DNA of 64,000 nucleotides. It comes from Eledone cirrhosa (Eukaryota). Shown here one piece after another: positions 13,568 through 26,808 of the stretch. Made by a program: the position numbers and the translations under genes. The notes beneath the pieces are model-generated. The model worked only from the letters and a program-made list of their open reading frames with translations, did no database searches and had not been told where the DNA came from. The stretch is from assembly GCA_964016885.1 (NCBI GenBank), contig OZ024755.1, forward strand, positions 27,342,001 through 27,406,000, written 5' to 3'. Positions within the stretch are counted from its first letter, which is position 1, and each line of letters begins with the position of its first letter.

Positions 13568-14050
13568 ACACACTTACACCTCTCCAAGACAATGTCACTG
13601 GACCGAGACCTTTGGCGGTACTCAGTAACAGAGAAGACCCGCCTTACCTAAATATATAGTAAAACCTACTCCAGCCAGTAGGCATCTCTAACAAAATACA
13701 CCCCGTCCCACCACCACCACCCCACCCCATCCACACCACCCCGTTCTATGTAAAGTTATGTTGGTGCCGCGCCATCCAGGCCGAAACAAATGAGATCGTG
13801 TAGGTGTCACGACAAAAAAACACACAGTCCACGCTGTAATGTGGCCGTGTAGGCAACACGGTAAAAACCTCCCAGACCCACACTGTAAATGTGGTTGGTG
13901 TTAGGAAGGACATCCAGCTGTAGAAAACCTGCCAGACAGTCCTATGCGAGCAAGACAATCACTCTTGCCTCAAGTGGGACTACCCCCGTCCAAACCCATG
14001 CAAGCGTGGAACACGGACGTTAAACGTTGATGATGATGATGATGATGATA
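13568..14050 (+). mobile_element. RTE LINE 3' UTR fragment
   Basis: Inverted homolog of 11252-11715; (GAT)n tail. Confidence 0.75.
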
Positions 14051-14523
14051 TATATATATGTGTGTGTGTATGTTAGGATGTGTGTATGTATATTCTCACA
14101 CTAAAGGAGTAGCAGGAGGCTTTGATTGTTTTTGTTTTGCTCAGCTTTTGTTTATTTAACTGAGTTAATATAACTATTCATGCATACAGCCTTAATATTT
14201 GACAAAAGATACTTCTGTAGAATAGTCTAGAGGTAGCAAGAGAGAGAGAGAGCTGGACTGTAGAAGGTCTTCAGAGAAGAAGCCCCCCTCATGCAAGTGT
14301 TTTGGCCCTTAACTCTCTACACTTTAAGGGGACAAGGCTGGTCACATCTAAGCCATGACACTACGGTGTTCTTCTTCTGATGCATTTTAATCATGTGGAT
14401 GGATATTACAATTTTATTGTTTGTAGGGTATGGGGGGTAAAATGCAACAACTACAGATAAAAATGACAAAGTTACTGCTATAGGCTAACGTGATCTTAGG
14501 GAACACTATACGACTAGACATAC

Positions 14524-14629
14524 CATGGTTCACTGTGAGTACCTTCCTTGACTTCATCTCTAAATACTGTGATATTGGTAGCTGTGCATGAGAAATATTA
14601 GCCTCTTCTGCCAGACGATGGCAGAGACC
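14524..14629 (-). CDS. TRMT10A: TRMT10A coding exon 6
   Basis: TTTTCAG acceptor; GLCHRLAEEANISHAQLPISQYLEMKSRKVLTVNH (Trm10 'AxLPI...RKVLTVNH'); donor G|GTATGT, phase 1. Confidence 0.95.
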
Positions 14630-14819
14630 CTGAAAATTAAAATAAACCATACAGAAATAAATTGAAATAACAAAATAAGTAAAATTTCATCAAATTTTAT
14701 GGTCTTGTCCAATTGACGACTGCAAAGTAGAACATTATAAAAAGGATGATGATCTGCATATGAAAGACTCTCAAGCAAGGGTAGGGAATGCATATACCTG
14801 CAGACAAAACTATATTTTA

Positions 14820-15845
14820 TAATAATAATAATAATAATAATGAAATTATTGTGTACAGTGCTCAGGTGCACTACAACTCGTCAAAGGTGCATTTATAGTA
14901 CATAGAATAATATACAAATGTCAGGGAAGTGAATAGTGTATGAGTCTTGTGTGCGTGTGTATGGAGGAGGAATATTAGGTGTAGTGTTGGCGAATCTCAG
15001 GAAGCATGGAGGTTTTAAAGGATGCAGTGTCTCGACAGCTAACAACTGATGTAGGTAGTTTGTTCCATGCTTCAGCAACTCTGAGCGTGAAAATGTTTCC
15101 GAAAGTCATGGGAGCTGTGCTGTTTTCTAACTTAGTAGGCATGCCCACGTGTGTTAGACACATGGAAATCAAAAAGGTACTCAGGGTTGTTGTTGGCAAG
15201 ATGGTTAATAATTTTGTGGGTGTTTACCAAGTCAGTTGCCAGACTTCGGAGCTTCAATGTATCCATGCCCAGGGAAGCAAGGCGTTCAGAGTATGGTAGA
15301 TGCCTGATGGAAGGTATTCGCTTGGTTGCACGTCCCTGAACAGTTTCCAGGCGGTCAATGTTCTGAGCAAGATAGGGGTTCCAGACTGGTGATGCAAATT
15401 CTAAGTGTGGCCGCACCATAGCTATATACAGCTTTAAATAGATAGCTGGAGAGCGGCTGACAAAGGTCTTGCTGAGTGTTGCTAAGACACCTTCAGCCTT
15501 CTTGACAATTTTAGAGATGTGCTTCATCCAACGCAAATCGCTGTTGACTGTAATGCCCAGGTCACGTTCACAAGAAGACTTCTTGATATCAGTGTTGTGG
15601 AGGGAGCATGTGAACGCTGGGTTTTTACTCCCAAAATGCATGGTGGTACACTTGTCCACAACTAGCTTGAGTTGCTAGTCTGTGATCCATTGTTGCATTG
15701 TATCCAGGTCAGACTGCAGGCAACATCTATAGTGTTCAGGATCTGTCCTTTTTATCTCAAGGTACAGCTTGATGTCATCTGCATATTTCATTACTGTGGC
15801 ATTCTTTAAGTTGGCATCTATGTCATTAATATATGCCACAAATCT
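14820..15845 (-). mobile_element. CR1-like LINE 3' part
   Basis: 'MKYADDIKLY', 'ERDLGI', 'VRPHLEFASPVWNP', 'WNKLP'; (ATT)n tail; fragments also at 34445-34690 (-) and 42590-42835 (+). Confidence 0.9.
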
Positions 15846-17414
15846 GAAGCTGCTTGCTAACAAAAGCAACCAGCCCAGACTGTAGAGTGGTTGTGTAGGT
15901 GTCACTATAAAAAGCACCCAGTACTCACTGTAAAGTGGTCATGTACGCATCACAACAAAAAGCCACCAGTACTCTCTGTAAATGAGGTTGGCACTAGGAA
16001 AGGCATTCAGCTGTAGAAACCAAGCCAAAACCAGTTCTGTATGAGCATGACATGGTCACCTGAGCTAGCATTGCTCAAACAGGATAACTCATCTAACCCA
16101 TGCCAGCATAGAAATATGGACGTTAAACGGTAATGATGATGATGATGACAAACTCTCTAAAGCCCATTTGAATAAGAAACAGTTTAAGCCTTAAGACTAA
16201 AATAGTAATTTAACCTGTCTAACCTATGCTAGCGTGGAAGATGGACATTAAATGAAGATGATGGTGATGATGAATATAATTTACGTATTTATGAATTTGT
16301 AAAATTAAAGATACAATATTTTTCTGAGCAAAGAGGCACCTCCACATATTTTTTGGTATTGAAATCGTCCGCACACATACTCTACAGTAAGTCTATTGGG
16401 AAAAAAAAGAAACTGTAGCCCCTGAAGAATATGACAGAGTGTGGTGAGAGATCAGAAACTACAATAGAGTGGAATGATCCCTTTTAGCCTGCAAGGGTGA
16501 GACATCTCTAGTATTGGTTGGAATGCACTCTACCTACCCATTTATAAAGTGGTGAATAAATGAAGAGTGGTCACTGGATCGAGATCTTTGGCACTACGCA
16601 GTAATACAGAATACCCGCCTTCCCTATGTACAAAGTTAACCTACAGTCAGTAGGCACCTCTTAATCAAATAGACACCCCGACCCACTACCCCTACTCCCA
16701 CTCCCACCAACCTTTCTCTGTAAAATTATGTTGGTACCACATCCAGTCCACACTGTAAACTGGTCGTGTAGGAGATACGGTAAAAAGGCTCCCAGTCCAC
16801 ACTGTAAATGTGGTTGATGTTAGGAAGAGCATCCACCATAGAAAACCTGCCAGATATAGTCCTATACGAGCAAGACACAGTCACCTGATCAAGCTTGCCT
16901 CCTGTGGGACAATTCCCATCTAACCCATGCTAGCGTAGAAGATGGATGTTAAACAATGATGAGAACTTGACAGTCTTTCAGTACACCCTGTAAAGTGGTT
17001 AACAATCAGGGAGAGAGTAGGTAAATCTTTAGATCAACTCCAATCAAGCAAGTGTTTCAGCCCTTGATAAAATGCAACCAGTACACCCTGTTGAGTGGTT
17101 GGTAACCAGAGGGAGGCAATATAGGGGAAAAGGGATTCTCCAGACTTGCTGAGTACATGCTGACCTTTCTAGTTCTGGTATTATGATAAAATGTACTCAA
17201 TGCAGCTGTAGAAACCATGTCAAATATAGAACATATGAATAAGAGCAGGTTCTCCAACCAGTTTAATCACAGACTGTGGTGACCCATCCAACACATGCCA
17301 GCAGTTTCCCAATGTATAATAGATCCATCCAACCCATGCCAGCATAAAAAAGCTGATAGGTTTTGTTGATTTTCCCAATAAGAAATTCCTGCTGCCACCA
17401 CCACCACCAAAGTA

Positions 17415-19485
17415 ATTGTGTAGATGTCACGACAAAAAGGACCCAGTCCACACTGTAAAGTGGTCATATAGGTGTCACGACAAAAAGGACCCAGTCCACA
17501 CTGTAAACTGGTTGTATAGGTGTCACAACAAAAAGGACCCAGTCCACACTGTAAAGTGGTCGTATAGGTGTCACGACAAAAAGGACCCAGTCCACACTGT
17601 AAAGAGGTTGCGTTGGTGTCACAACAAAAAAGCACCCAGCCCATATTGTATAGTGGTTGTGTAAGTGCCACAACAAAAAGAACCCAGTCCACATTGTATA
17701 GTGGTTGTGTAAGTGCCACAACAAAAAGCACCCAGCCCACATTGTATAGTGGTTGTGTAAGTGCCACAACAAAAAGCACCCAGCCCACACTGTAAAGAGG
17801 TTGTGTTGGTGTCACAAAAAGCACCCAGCCCACATTGTATAGTGGTTGTGTTGGTGTCACAACAAAAAGCACCCAGCCCACATTGTATAGTGGTTGTGTA
17901 AGTGCCACAACAAAAAGCACCCAGCCCACATTGTATAGTGGTTGTGTAAGTGTCACAACAAAAAGCACCCAGCCCACACTGTAAAGAGGTTGTGTTGGTG
18001 TCACAACAAAAACACCCAGCCCACATTGTATAGTGGTTGTGTTGGTGTCACAACAAAAACACCCAGCCCACATTGTATAGTGGTTGTGTAAGTGCCACAA
18101 CAAAAAGCACCCAGCCCACATTGTATAGTGGTTGTGTAAGTGCCACAACAAAAAGCACCCAGCCCACATTGTATAGTGGTTGTGTAAGTGTCACAACAAA
18201 AAGCACCCAGCCCACATTGTATAGTGGTTGTGTAAGTGCCACAACAAAAAGCACCCAGTCCACCTGTAAAGAGGTTGTGTTGGTGTCACAACAAAAAGCA
18301 CCCAGCCCACATTGTATAGTGGTTGTGTAAGTGCCACAACAAAAAGCACCCAGCCCACATTGTATAGTGGTTGTGTAAGTGTCACAACAAAAAGCACCCA
18401 GCCCACACTGTAAAGAGGTTGTGTTGGTGTCACAACAAAAACACCCAGCCCACATTGTATAGTGGTTGTGTTGGTGTCACAACAAAAACACCCAGCCCAC
18501 ATTGTATAGTGGTTGTGTAAGTGCCACAACAAAAAGCACCCAGCCCACATTGTATAGTGGTTGTGTAAGTGCCACAACAAAAAGCACCCAGCCCACATTG
18601 TATAGTGGTTGTGTAAGTGTCACAACAAAAAGCACCCAGCCCACATTGTATAGTGGTTGTGTAAGTGCCACAACAAAAAGCACCCAGTCCACCTGTAAAG
18701 AGGTTGTGTTGGTGTCACAACAAAAAGCACCCAGTCCACATTGTATAGTGGTTGTGTAGATGTCACAACAAAAAGCACCCAGCCCACATTGTATAGTGGT
18801 TGTGTAAGTGCCACAACAAAAAGCACCCAGTCCACCTGTAAAGAGGTTGTGTTGGTGTCACAACAAAAAGCACCCAGCCCACATTGTATAGTGGTTGTGT
18901 AAGTGCCACAACAAAAAGCACCCAGCCCACATTGTATAGTGGTTGTGTAAGTGCCACAACAAAAAGCACCCAGCCCATATTGTATAGTGGTTGTGTAAGT
19001 GCCACAACAAAAAGCACCCAGCCCACATTGTATAGTGGTTGTGTAAGTGCCACAACAAAAAGCACCCAGCCCACATTGTATAGTGGTTGTGTAAGTGCCA
19101 CAACAAAAAGCACCCAGTCCACATGTAAAGAGGTTGTGTTGGTGTCACAACAAAAAGCACCCAGCCCACATTGTATAGTGGTTGTGTAAGTGCCACAACA
19201 AAAAGCACCCAGCCCACATTGTATAGTGGTTGTGTAAGTGCCACAACAAAAAGCACCCAGTCCACATGTAAAGAGGTTGTGTTGGTGTCACAACAAAAAG
19301 CACCCAGCCCACATTGTATAGTGGTTGTGTAAGTGCCACAACAAAAAGCACCCAGCCCACATTGTATAGTGGTTGTGTAAGTGCCACAACAAAAAGCACC
19401 CAGCCCACATTGTATAGTGGTTGTGTAAGTGCCACAATAAAAAGCACCCAGTCCACCTGTAAAGTGGTCATGTATGGCAAAAAGC
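17415..19485 (+). repeat. 48-bp minisatellite (~43 copies) in TRMT10A intron 5
   Basis: Unit CACCCAGCCCACATTGTATAGTGGTTGTGTAAGTGCCACAACAAAAAG with variant units and a ~429-bp higher-order duplication. Confidence 0.95.
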
Positions 19486-19580
19486 ACCACCACCACCACT
19501 ACTACTACTTCAAACAAGTGTAGAGTTCTATTTAAAATGATAAAGACAGAGAGAAATCAATGTCCTGCAAATATTCTTAC

Positions 19581-19727
19581 CTTAAGGTGATTATGGTCCA
19601 CTAGACCCCCAATCACATAGACCTTGTCTTCTTCAAGGTCATCTAGGACATTGTCTGATTCACTAGACAAATAAACAAGAGAGCTTTTATCAAATATTTC
19701 ATTGTACTTTTCAGGACAGAAGTTCAC
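19581..19727 (-). CDS. TRMT10A: TRMT10A coding exon 5 (SPOUT catalytic motifs)
   Basis: TTTTTTATAG acceptor; [49 protein letters not shown] with the signature 'VYLSSES' and '[10 protein letters not shown]'; donor AAG|GTAAGA. Confidence 0.96.
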
Positions 19728-19964
19728 CTATAAAAAAACAAAAAACAGCTTTAGAATTGTATTTCATTTTTACCAAAACTGATATTCGGTTCAGTCAGAA
19801 ATGCCATCTATATCAAAACTAGTAAGCTGAAACCAAAGAAGGTGCTTCTATATAGTTTTGTTGGATCAGCTACAAATAGCAACTAATCTTCTTCAAATTA
19901 GATACTGTTATTTAAAAATAGAAGTATACATTGACTAGAGTCATAATTACTGTTGGGATAAACA

Positions 19965-20860
19965 CACAACAAAAAGGACCCAGTCCACACTGTAAAGTGG
20001 TTGTGTAGGTGCCATGACAAAAAGAACGCAGTCCACATTGTAAAGTGGTTGTGTAGGTGCCATGACAAAAAGGACCCAGTCCACACTGTAAAGTGGTCGT
20101 GTAGGTGTCATGACAAAAAGGACCCAGTCCACACTGTAAAATGGTCGTGTAGGTGTCACAACAAAAAGGGCCCAGTCCACACTGTAAAGTGGTTGAGTAC
20201 GGCAAAAAGCACCTGGCCCACACTGTAAAGTGGTCACCATCACCATTGTTTAATGTCTATCTTCCATGCTAGCATGGGTTAAATGGGAATTGTCCCACTT
20301 GAGACAAGATTGGTCGGGTGACTGTGTCTCGCTCGTATAGAACTATCTGGTCATGTACGGCAAAAAGCACCCAGCCCACACTGTAAAGTGGTCGTGTAGG
20401 TGTCATAACAAAAAACACCCAGTACACACTGTAAAGTGGTCGTGTAGGTGTCATAACAAAAAACACCCAGCCCACACTGTAAAGTGGTCATGTAGGTGTC
20501 ATAACAAAAAACACCCAGCCCACACTGTAAAGTGGTCATGTAGGTGTCATAACAAAAAACACCCAGCCCACACTGTAAAGTGGTCATGTAGGTGTCATAA
20601 CAAAAAGCACCCAGCCCACACTGTAAAGTGGTCATGTAGGTGTCATAACAAAAAACACCCAGCCCACACTGTAAAGTGGTCATGTAGGTGTCATAACAAA
20701 AAACACCCAGTACACACTGTAAAGTGGACGTGTGGGTGTCATAACAAAAAACTCCCAGCCCACACTGTAAAGTGGTCGTGTGGGTGTCATAACAAAAAAC
20801 TCCCAGCCCACACTGTAAAGTGGTCGTGTGGGTGTCATAACAAAAAGCACCAAGTACTCA
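19965..20860 (+). repeat. 48-bp minisatellite arrays (19965-20235, 20355-20860) in TRMT10A intron 4
   Basis: Same unit family; the second array runs into a SINE/RTE tail ending (GAT)n at ~21033. Confidence 0.92.
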
Positions 20861-21894
20861 CTATAAATGAGGTTGGCATTAGGAAGAGCATCCAGCTGTA
20901 GAAACCAAGCCCAAATCAGTTCTGTATAAACAAGACATGGTTACCTGACCTTGCATTGCCAACAACCGGACAACTCGTCTAACCCATGCTAGCATGGAAA
21001 AATGGATGTAAAACGGTGATGATGATGATGATGCTGCTCACTGCTGCAATGTCAAATAATCATATTTTTTATGTCCTTTGCATTAAATATGTTAACACTA
21101 ACCTAACTATTGTTTTTCACAGAAATGGCATCCCTGAGATATTTATGGTATAAACAACTCTAGTTTTCGAAGTCAACCAGTGTGCACTCTTGAATTTAGT
21201 AATTCTCTCATCACTACTTCGGCAATTATAATTGTTTCTATTTTAGGCACAAGGCCAGCAATTACCCAGTGCATTACTGGTACTTTATTTTATCGACCCT
21301 GTAAGGATGAAAGGCAAAGTTAACCTCGGTGGGATTTGCACTCAGATCATAAAGGGACGTAACTCTGTGCTTCAAAGCATGGTGTCCGACTCTCTACCGA
21401 TACTGCCAATCCACTACTTCACTGACGAGGTCATAATTGTTTTTACTTTAGGCACAAGGCCAGCAATTTGAAGGGGAGGGGGAAGTCGATTAAATCGCCC
21501 CCAGTACATTACTGGTGCTTTTATTTTGATGACCTTGTAAGGATGAAAGGCAAAGCTAACCTCGGCGGGTTTTGAACTCAGAACATAAAGGGCCATAACT
21601 CTCTGTCACGGAGCAGGGTGTCCAACGCTCTACCGATATTGCCAATCCATGATATAAACATGTCCAAAGTTGTTTCTTGCAGTTGCTCAATTAAATTGAA
21701 GTACAAGCAGTAGAAGTGGAAATTCTGCAGTTGTTGGAAGTTTATAGAGAACCATGAAATACAAAATTTCTTGTGAAACTGTATTTTTTCTGATGTGCTT
21801 GGCTCCTGAGATGGCGTAAGGCAGGCATGCCAAACATGCGGCCTGCACAAAGGTTTTTACAGCGTGAGCATATTTTATCTTCGTAATTTGACGT

Positions 21895-22290
21895 GGAGGC
21901 ACATGGCTTAGTGGTTAGAGCATTGGCCTTGCAATCGAAAGGTTGTGAGTTCAATTCTCAGACCGGGTGATATGTTGTTTCCTTGAGCAAGACACTTTAT
22001 TTCACATTGCTCCAGTTTACTCAGCTGTAGAAATGAGATGATAGGGACTGGGTTCCCTATCATTCCACTGCAAAGTGGTTGTGGAGGCGCCACACAAAAA
22101 GAGCACCCAGCCAGCCCACACTGTAAAGTGGTTGTGGAGGTGCCACAGCAAAAAAGCACCCAGCACTCACTGTAAATGAGGTTGGTGTTAGGAAGGGCAT
22201 CCAGCTGTAGAAATCAATTCAGAATCAGTTCCTGTCCCACCCTTGCAAGCAGGGAAAAGCGGACGTAAAATGATGATGATGATGATGAAT
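21895..22290 (+). mobile_element. tRNA-derived CORE-like SINE with RTE tail
   Basis: A/B boxes, CORE-like middle, 3' end CCCACCCTTGCAAGCAGGGAAAAGCGGACGTAAAA(TGA)n shared with the RTE at 9572-9620. Confidence 0.82.
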
Positions 22291-22785
22291 ATAAAATAAA
22301 AAAAATTGTAATGTGAGCAATTAGTTGTCGTGTGACCCTCAGACAACGCATATGTGACTGATGTGGCCCTCGGGGAACCCTCTGTTTGACATGCCTGATC
22401 TAAGGTCACAAAAAATAGTTCTGAATGTATAGTGTTAGGAAAGAAAATCTTTGAAAACTCAATTTTTGTTACATACATGTCACCTCTTCTAACTGGAGAG
22501 CTATTATCTGTCATTTTTAATATTTATAGTGAACATACTCTAGAAGAAGCTACATACAATTGTACATGGAAAAAAATACTGGTTCATTTCTCTTCACATT
22601 TAAATTAAGAAGATAGTGAGAGAATATTAACAAAAATAATAATGTAGTATAGTTAATATGAAACTCTGTGAGATATAAAATAAACCCTTTCTTCCCTATA
22701 TTGCATCCCTCTGATTACCAACCATTTTACAGGGTGTACTGGGTGGATTTTACCAACGGCTGAAACACCTGCTAGATGGGAGTTG

Positions 22786-23120
22786 ATAAGTTTCAAAAAC
22801 CCAGTAGAATGTGGTAGAAATATATAAAGGGCAAATGATGATAAATAAAACAAAACAAAGTAATGCTTGAACCCGCATATTTCAGGGTTAATACGCTCTT
22901 TTCAAATATGAAATGAAAACAATTCAAAACAAAAATTAACGACTAATGTGTTCTTCCCTAACTGGGGCACCGTTTTCGTTTCACATTTGAAAAGAGGGTA
23001 ATAGTTCTGAAATATCATGTTAAAATATACTGGGTAAAAAATTACTTTGTTTTATTTTATTTGTCATCCTTTGCCCTTTATATATTTCTACTACATTGTA
23101 CTGGCTTTCTGAAACTTATT
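22786..23120. repeat. degenerate fold-back inverted repeat (~135-bp arms)
   Basis: ATAAGTTTCA...GAAAAC versus GTTTTC...TGAAACTTAT; mixed substitutions and indels. Confidence 0.7.
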
Positions 23121-23224
23121 GGTTATTTATAACAAAAATGTTTAATAAAACAGAAAGGTAGAGGTAACATGTTTCTGCAGTCATGCTTCTTCAAACTTTT
23201 AGAAAAATAAAAGTGTTGGCTTAC

Positions 23225-23296
23225 ATCCCATCTATTGCAGTCACCTATGTTGTCTAATCTTTCCTGAGTCTTGCCACTGCAACCACAGATATACAG
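23225..23296 (-). CDS. TRMT10A: TRMT10A coding exon 4
   Basis: TCTCTCTTTCAG acceptor; LYICGCSGKTQERLDNIGDCNRWD; donor GAT|GTAAGC; 72 nt, phase 0/0. Confidence 0.88.
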
Positions 23297-24801
23297 CTGA
23301 AAGAGAGAATAATCTTTCCTGAGTCTTGTCACTACAACCACAGCTATACAGCTGAAAGAGAGAATAACCTTTCCTGAGTCTTGTCACTACAACCACAGCT
23401 ATAGAGCTGAAAGAGAGGAAATAATCAAATGTTAACTTTAAAAATTGAGGAGTTTTTATATTTCTTTTTAAAAGAGATTTGAAGTTTGGTTAGAAATTTT
23501 CAGCAGCCTATCACCATTTAACCCTTTAGCATTTAAACCGGCCATATCCGGCCAGAATTGTCTCACTTCTTTCTGTTTAAACTGGCCGTAAATAGCTGCT
23601 CATACTGAAGTTAAGGTATTGTTCTCAAAATAAATAATATCAAAATTTCATAGATTCAATATTATATGAGATAAAGTGTTTACCATGAAAATACAATAGT
23701 ATATATAGAGTAATGTAAATGGTAAAGGGTTAACAGAGCAAACTCTATTAAATGGTGGTGGTGTTACTATAACGTCTACTACTACTATTGCTGCTGCTTA
23801 TGAGATATATTAAATTTTAGCCAGCTTTTTGTTCTTGTTATTGATTGGAAGTAATAGTTTTGATTCTTTAATGAAAAATCAAACAAGAATACTGTCAATA
23901 TTATAATACTTTTCACAGTTATTCACCTTATAATGATGATAGAAATCATTTTACAATCAGTTCCCGGCTGGCCGAGGTTATGTTCTAAGTTAGTCTTAAT
24001 ATCAGATATTTTCATTTTTCTCCAAAGGACGGGGAGAGTTGACAGGTCTAGCTATATATTTTAGAGAAGAGTGAAATCGGTTAAATCAACTCTAGTATAA
24101 TTTGGTATTTATTTTATGGATACAATCAATAAAACTTACTCAGTACACTCTGATGAAACCATGTCAATAGGTTGAGAGGATCCTTCATTTCATGACATGC
24201 TGGGATCACGAAAAATGTACCTAGCATACCTTTATAAGGTAATTGGTGATATGAAGGGCATTCAGCTATAGAAAACTTACCAGACAAAGAATTGAGAGGA
24301 CTCCTCAGTTGCTGCAAAGGTGTGCTGACCACTCAAGTGTAACAACCACTCAAGTGTAACAACCACTCAAGTGTTGCTGATATGATAAAATGTACTCAGT
24401 GATAGAAAAGGCATCCAGCTTTATAGAAGACTTGTCAAACAATGGGTCACAAGGACTTTTCAGCACTTTGCAGTGTGGGAACCAATCTAAGCAGAATGTG
24501 ACCCTAAGCCAATCTGAGAAGTCAGCAGCTTCAATTAAGTAGTGATTTAGGCTGTGATGACCCATCCAACACTTGCTAACAGGGAGAACAGATGTTAAAT
24601 GATAATGATGAACTCCAAAAGGATGAAAGGCAAAATTGAGATTTAGAGGGAATGAGAAGAGACAGAACACAATATGTAATCAGTATTCTATCAATAAGGA
24701 TTCTTGAGGTTTATGGAAATTAAGAATTATAGGGTTTAATCCTATATTACTTTAGCTTAGAAATTCATGAGCTTTCTTAGTGAAGTTTGGTTAAAACATA
24801 A

Positions 24802-25062
24802 CTAGCAGAAAAACCGGCTGTATCTGGCCAGAATGTGTAGTGTGTATATTGATATTATACACAAATATATATATACATGTAGAATCTTAAAATAAACAAT
24901 CATTATATATAAGAATATTTATGTTTAATCAAAAGCTATGAAATTTAGTAGATAAATTATGTAATATTCATTATTTATTCAAAGTAATCCAACTTATTTT
25001 ACTAACGGGATAAGAAAGTATATTCAGGTCAGTCCCGCACTTCTCCCTTTATTATATTATGA
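24802..25062 (-). mobile_element. short non-autonomous Helitron
   Basis: CTAG end plus hairpin at 24802; TC-ATAATATAATAAA start at 25062; related 3' end at 43225. Confidence 0.55.
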
Positions 25063-25574
25063 TTGTAGACTGAGAATTTCAACTTCTTTTTTCTTTAATA
25101 TCCAAGTCAAAGGGGGAAGAGCAACACCTATGATCCCTTTCAGGGCCTCTGTGACTGCTGAGAGGAAGTTATACTAATCCCAGCTACTTTATCACAATGC
25201 CTGCAACAGAGCGGCTTCTGCTGATGGTACCCAATGATCAGGTCGCTGTATCAAACTGGGCAACAAATTAAGTCTACAACTTAAATCTGCCAAGTTGAAT
25301 ATAATCATATATATCCTTTTCTTATTCTCACACACCCACACCACCCTCCCACTTCTGTCCACACCACTGTAAAGTTAAGCACCCAGCCCACACTGTAAAG
25401 TGGTCATGTCGGAGTCACAACAAAAAGCACTTAACACACACTGTAAAGGGTTAGGTAGGCTGTCCCATTTGAGGCAAGTTGGGTCAGGTGACCATGTCTT
25501 GCTCATATAGAACTGATTCTGGCTTGGTTTCTACAACTGGATGCCCTTCCTAATGCCAACCTCATTTACACTGA

Positions 25575-26768
25575 GTACTGGATGCTTTTTGTTGAGACAC
25601 CTACACAACCACTTTACAGTGTGGACTGGGTGCTTTTTGTCATGACACCTACACAACCACTTTACAGTGTGGACTGAGTGCTTTTTGTCGTGACACCTTC
25701 ACAACCACTTTACAGTATGGGCTGGGTCCTTTTTGTCGCGACACCTACACAACCACTCTACAGTGTGGGCTGGGTGCTTTTTGTCATGACACCTACACAA
25801 CCACTTTACAGTGAGCTGGGTGCTTTTTATCATGACACCTACACAATCACTTTACAGTGTGGGCTGGGTGCTTTTTATCGTGACACCTATACAACCACTT
25901 TACAGTGTGGACTGGGTGCTTTTTATTGACACCTACACAACCACTTTACAGTGTGGACTGGGTGCTTTTTATCGTGACACCTACACAACCACTTTACAGT
26001 GTGGACTGGGTGCGTTTTGTAGTGACACCTACACAACCACTTTACAGTGTGGACTGGGTGCTTTTTACCATGTCACCATCACAACCCCTTTACAGTGTAG
26101 ACTGGGTGCTTTTTGTAGTGACACCTACACAACCACTTTACAGTGTGGGCTGGGTGCTTTTTGTAGTGACACCTACACAACCACTTTACAGTGTGAGCTG
26201 GGTGCTTTTTGTAGTGACACCTACACAACCACTTTACAGTGTGAGCTGGGTGCTTTTTATCATGACACCTACACAACCACTTTACAGTGTAGACTGGGTG
26301 CTTTTTGTAGTGACACCTACACAACCACTTTACAGTGTGGGCTGGGTGCTTTTTGTAGTGACACCTACACAACCACTTTACAGTGTGAGCTGGGTGCTTT
26401 TTATCATGACACCTACACAACCACTTTACAGTGGACTGGGTGCTTTTTACCATGTCACCATCACAACCCCTTTACAGTGTGGAATGGGTGCTTTTGGTAG
26501 TGACACCTACACAACCACTTTACAGTGTGGGCTGGGTGCTTTTTATTGTGACACCTACACAACCACTTTACAGTGTGGACTGGGTGCTTTTTATCGTGAC
26601 ACCTACACAACCACTTTACAGTGTGGAATGGGTGCTTTTGGTAGTGACACCTACACAACCACTTTACAGTGTGGGCTGGGTGCTTTTTATTGTGACACCT
26701 ACACAACCACTTTACAGTGTGGACTGGGTGCTTTTTACCATGTCACCATCACAACCCCTTTACAGTGT
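25575..26768 (-). repeat. 48-bp minisatellite (~24 copies), inverted relative to the 17.4-20.9 kb arrays, TRMT10A intron 3
   Basis: Unit GACACCTACACAACCACTTTACAGTGTGGRCTGGGTGCTTTTTGTAGT is the reverse complement of the upstream unit. Confidence 0.95.
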
Positions 26769-26808
26769 TTTGGCGTAGTTGATAACATACTCAATGCTGT
26801 GATATTAC

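Noticed and set aside
17415-19485. CRISPR-like appearance of the 48-bp arrays (and the 43- and 31-bp arrays)
   Set aside because: Head-to-tail units with no unique spacers, no cas genes, eukaryotic intronic context.
21895-21970. tRNA-like sequences with A/B boxes
   Set aside because: They are SINE heads continuing into core and tail domains; no complete cloverleaf.
22786-23120. Editing signature in the intron 4 fold-back
   Set aside because: Mismatches include transversions, both transition directions and indels, i.e. neutral decay.
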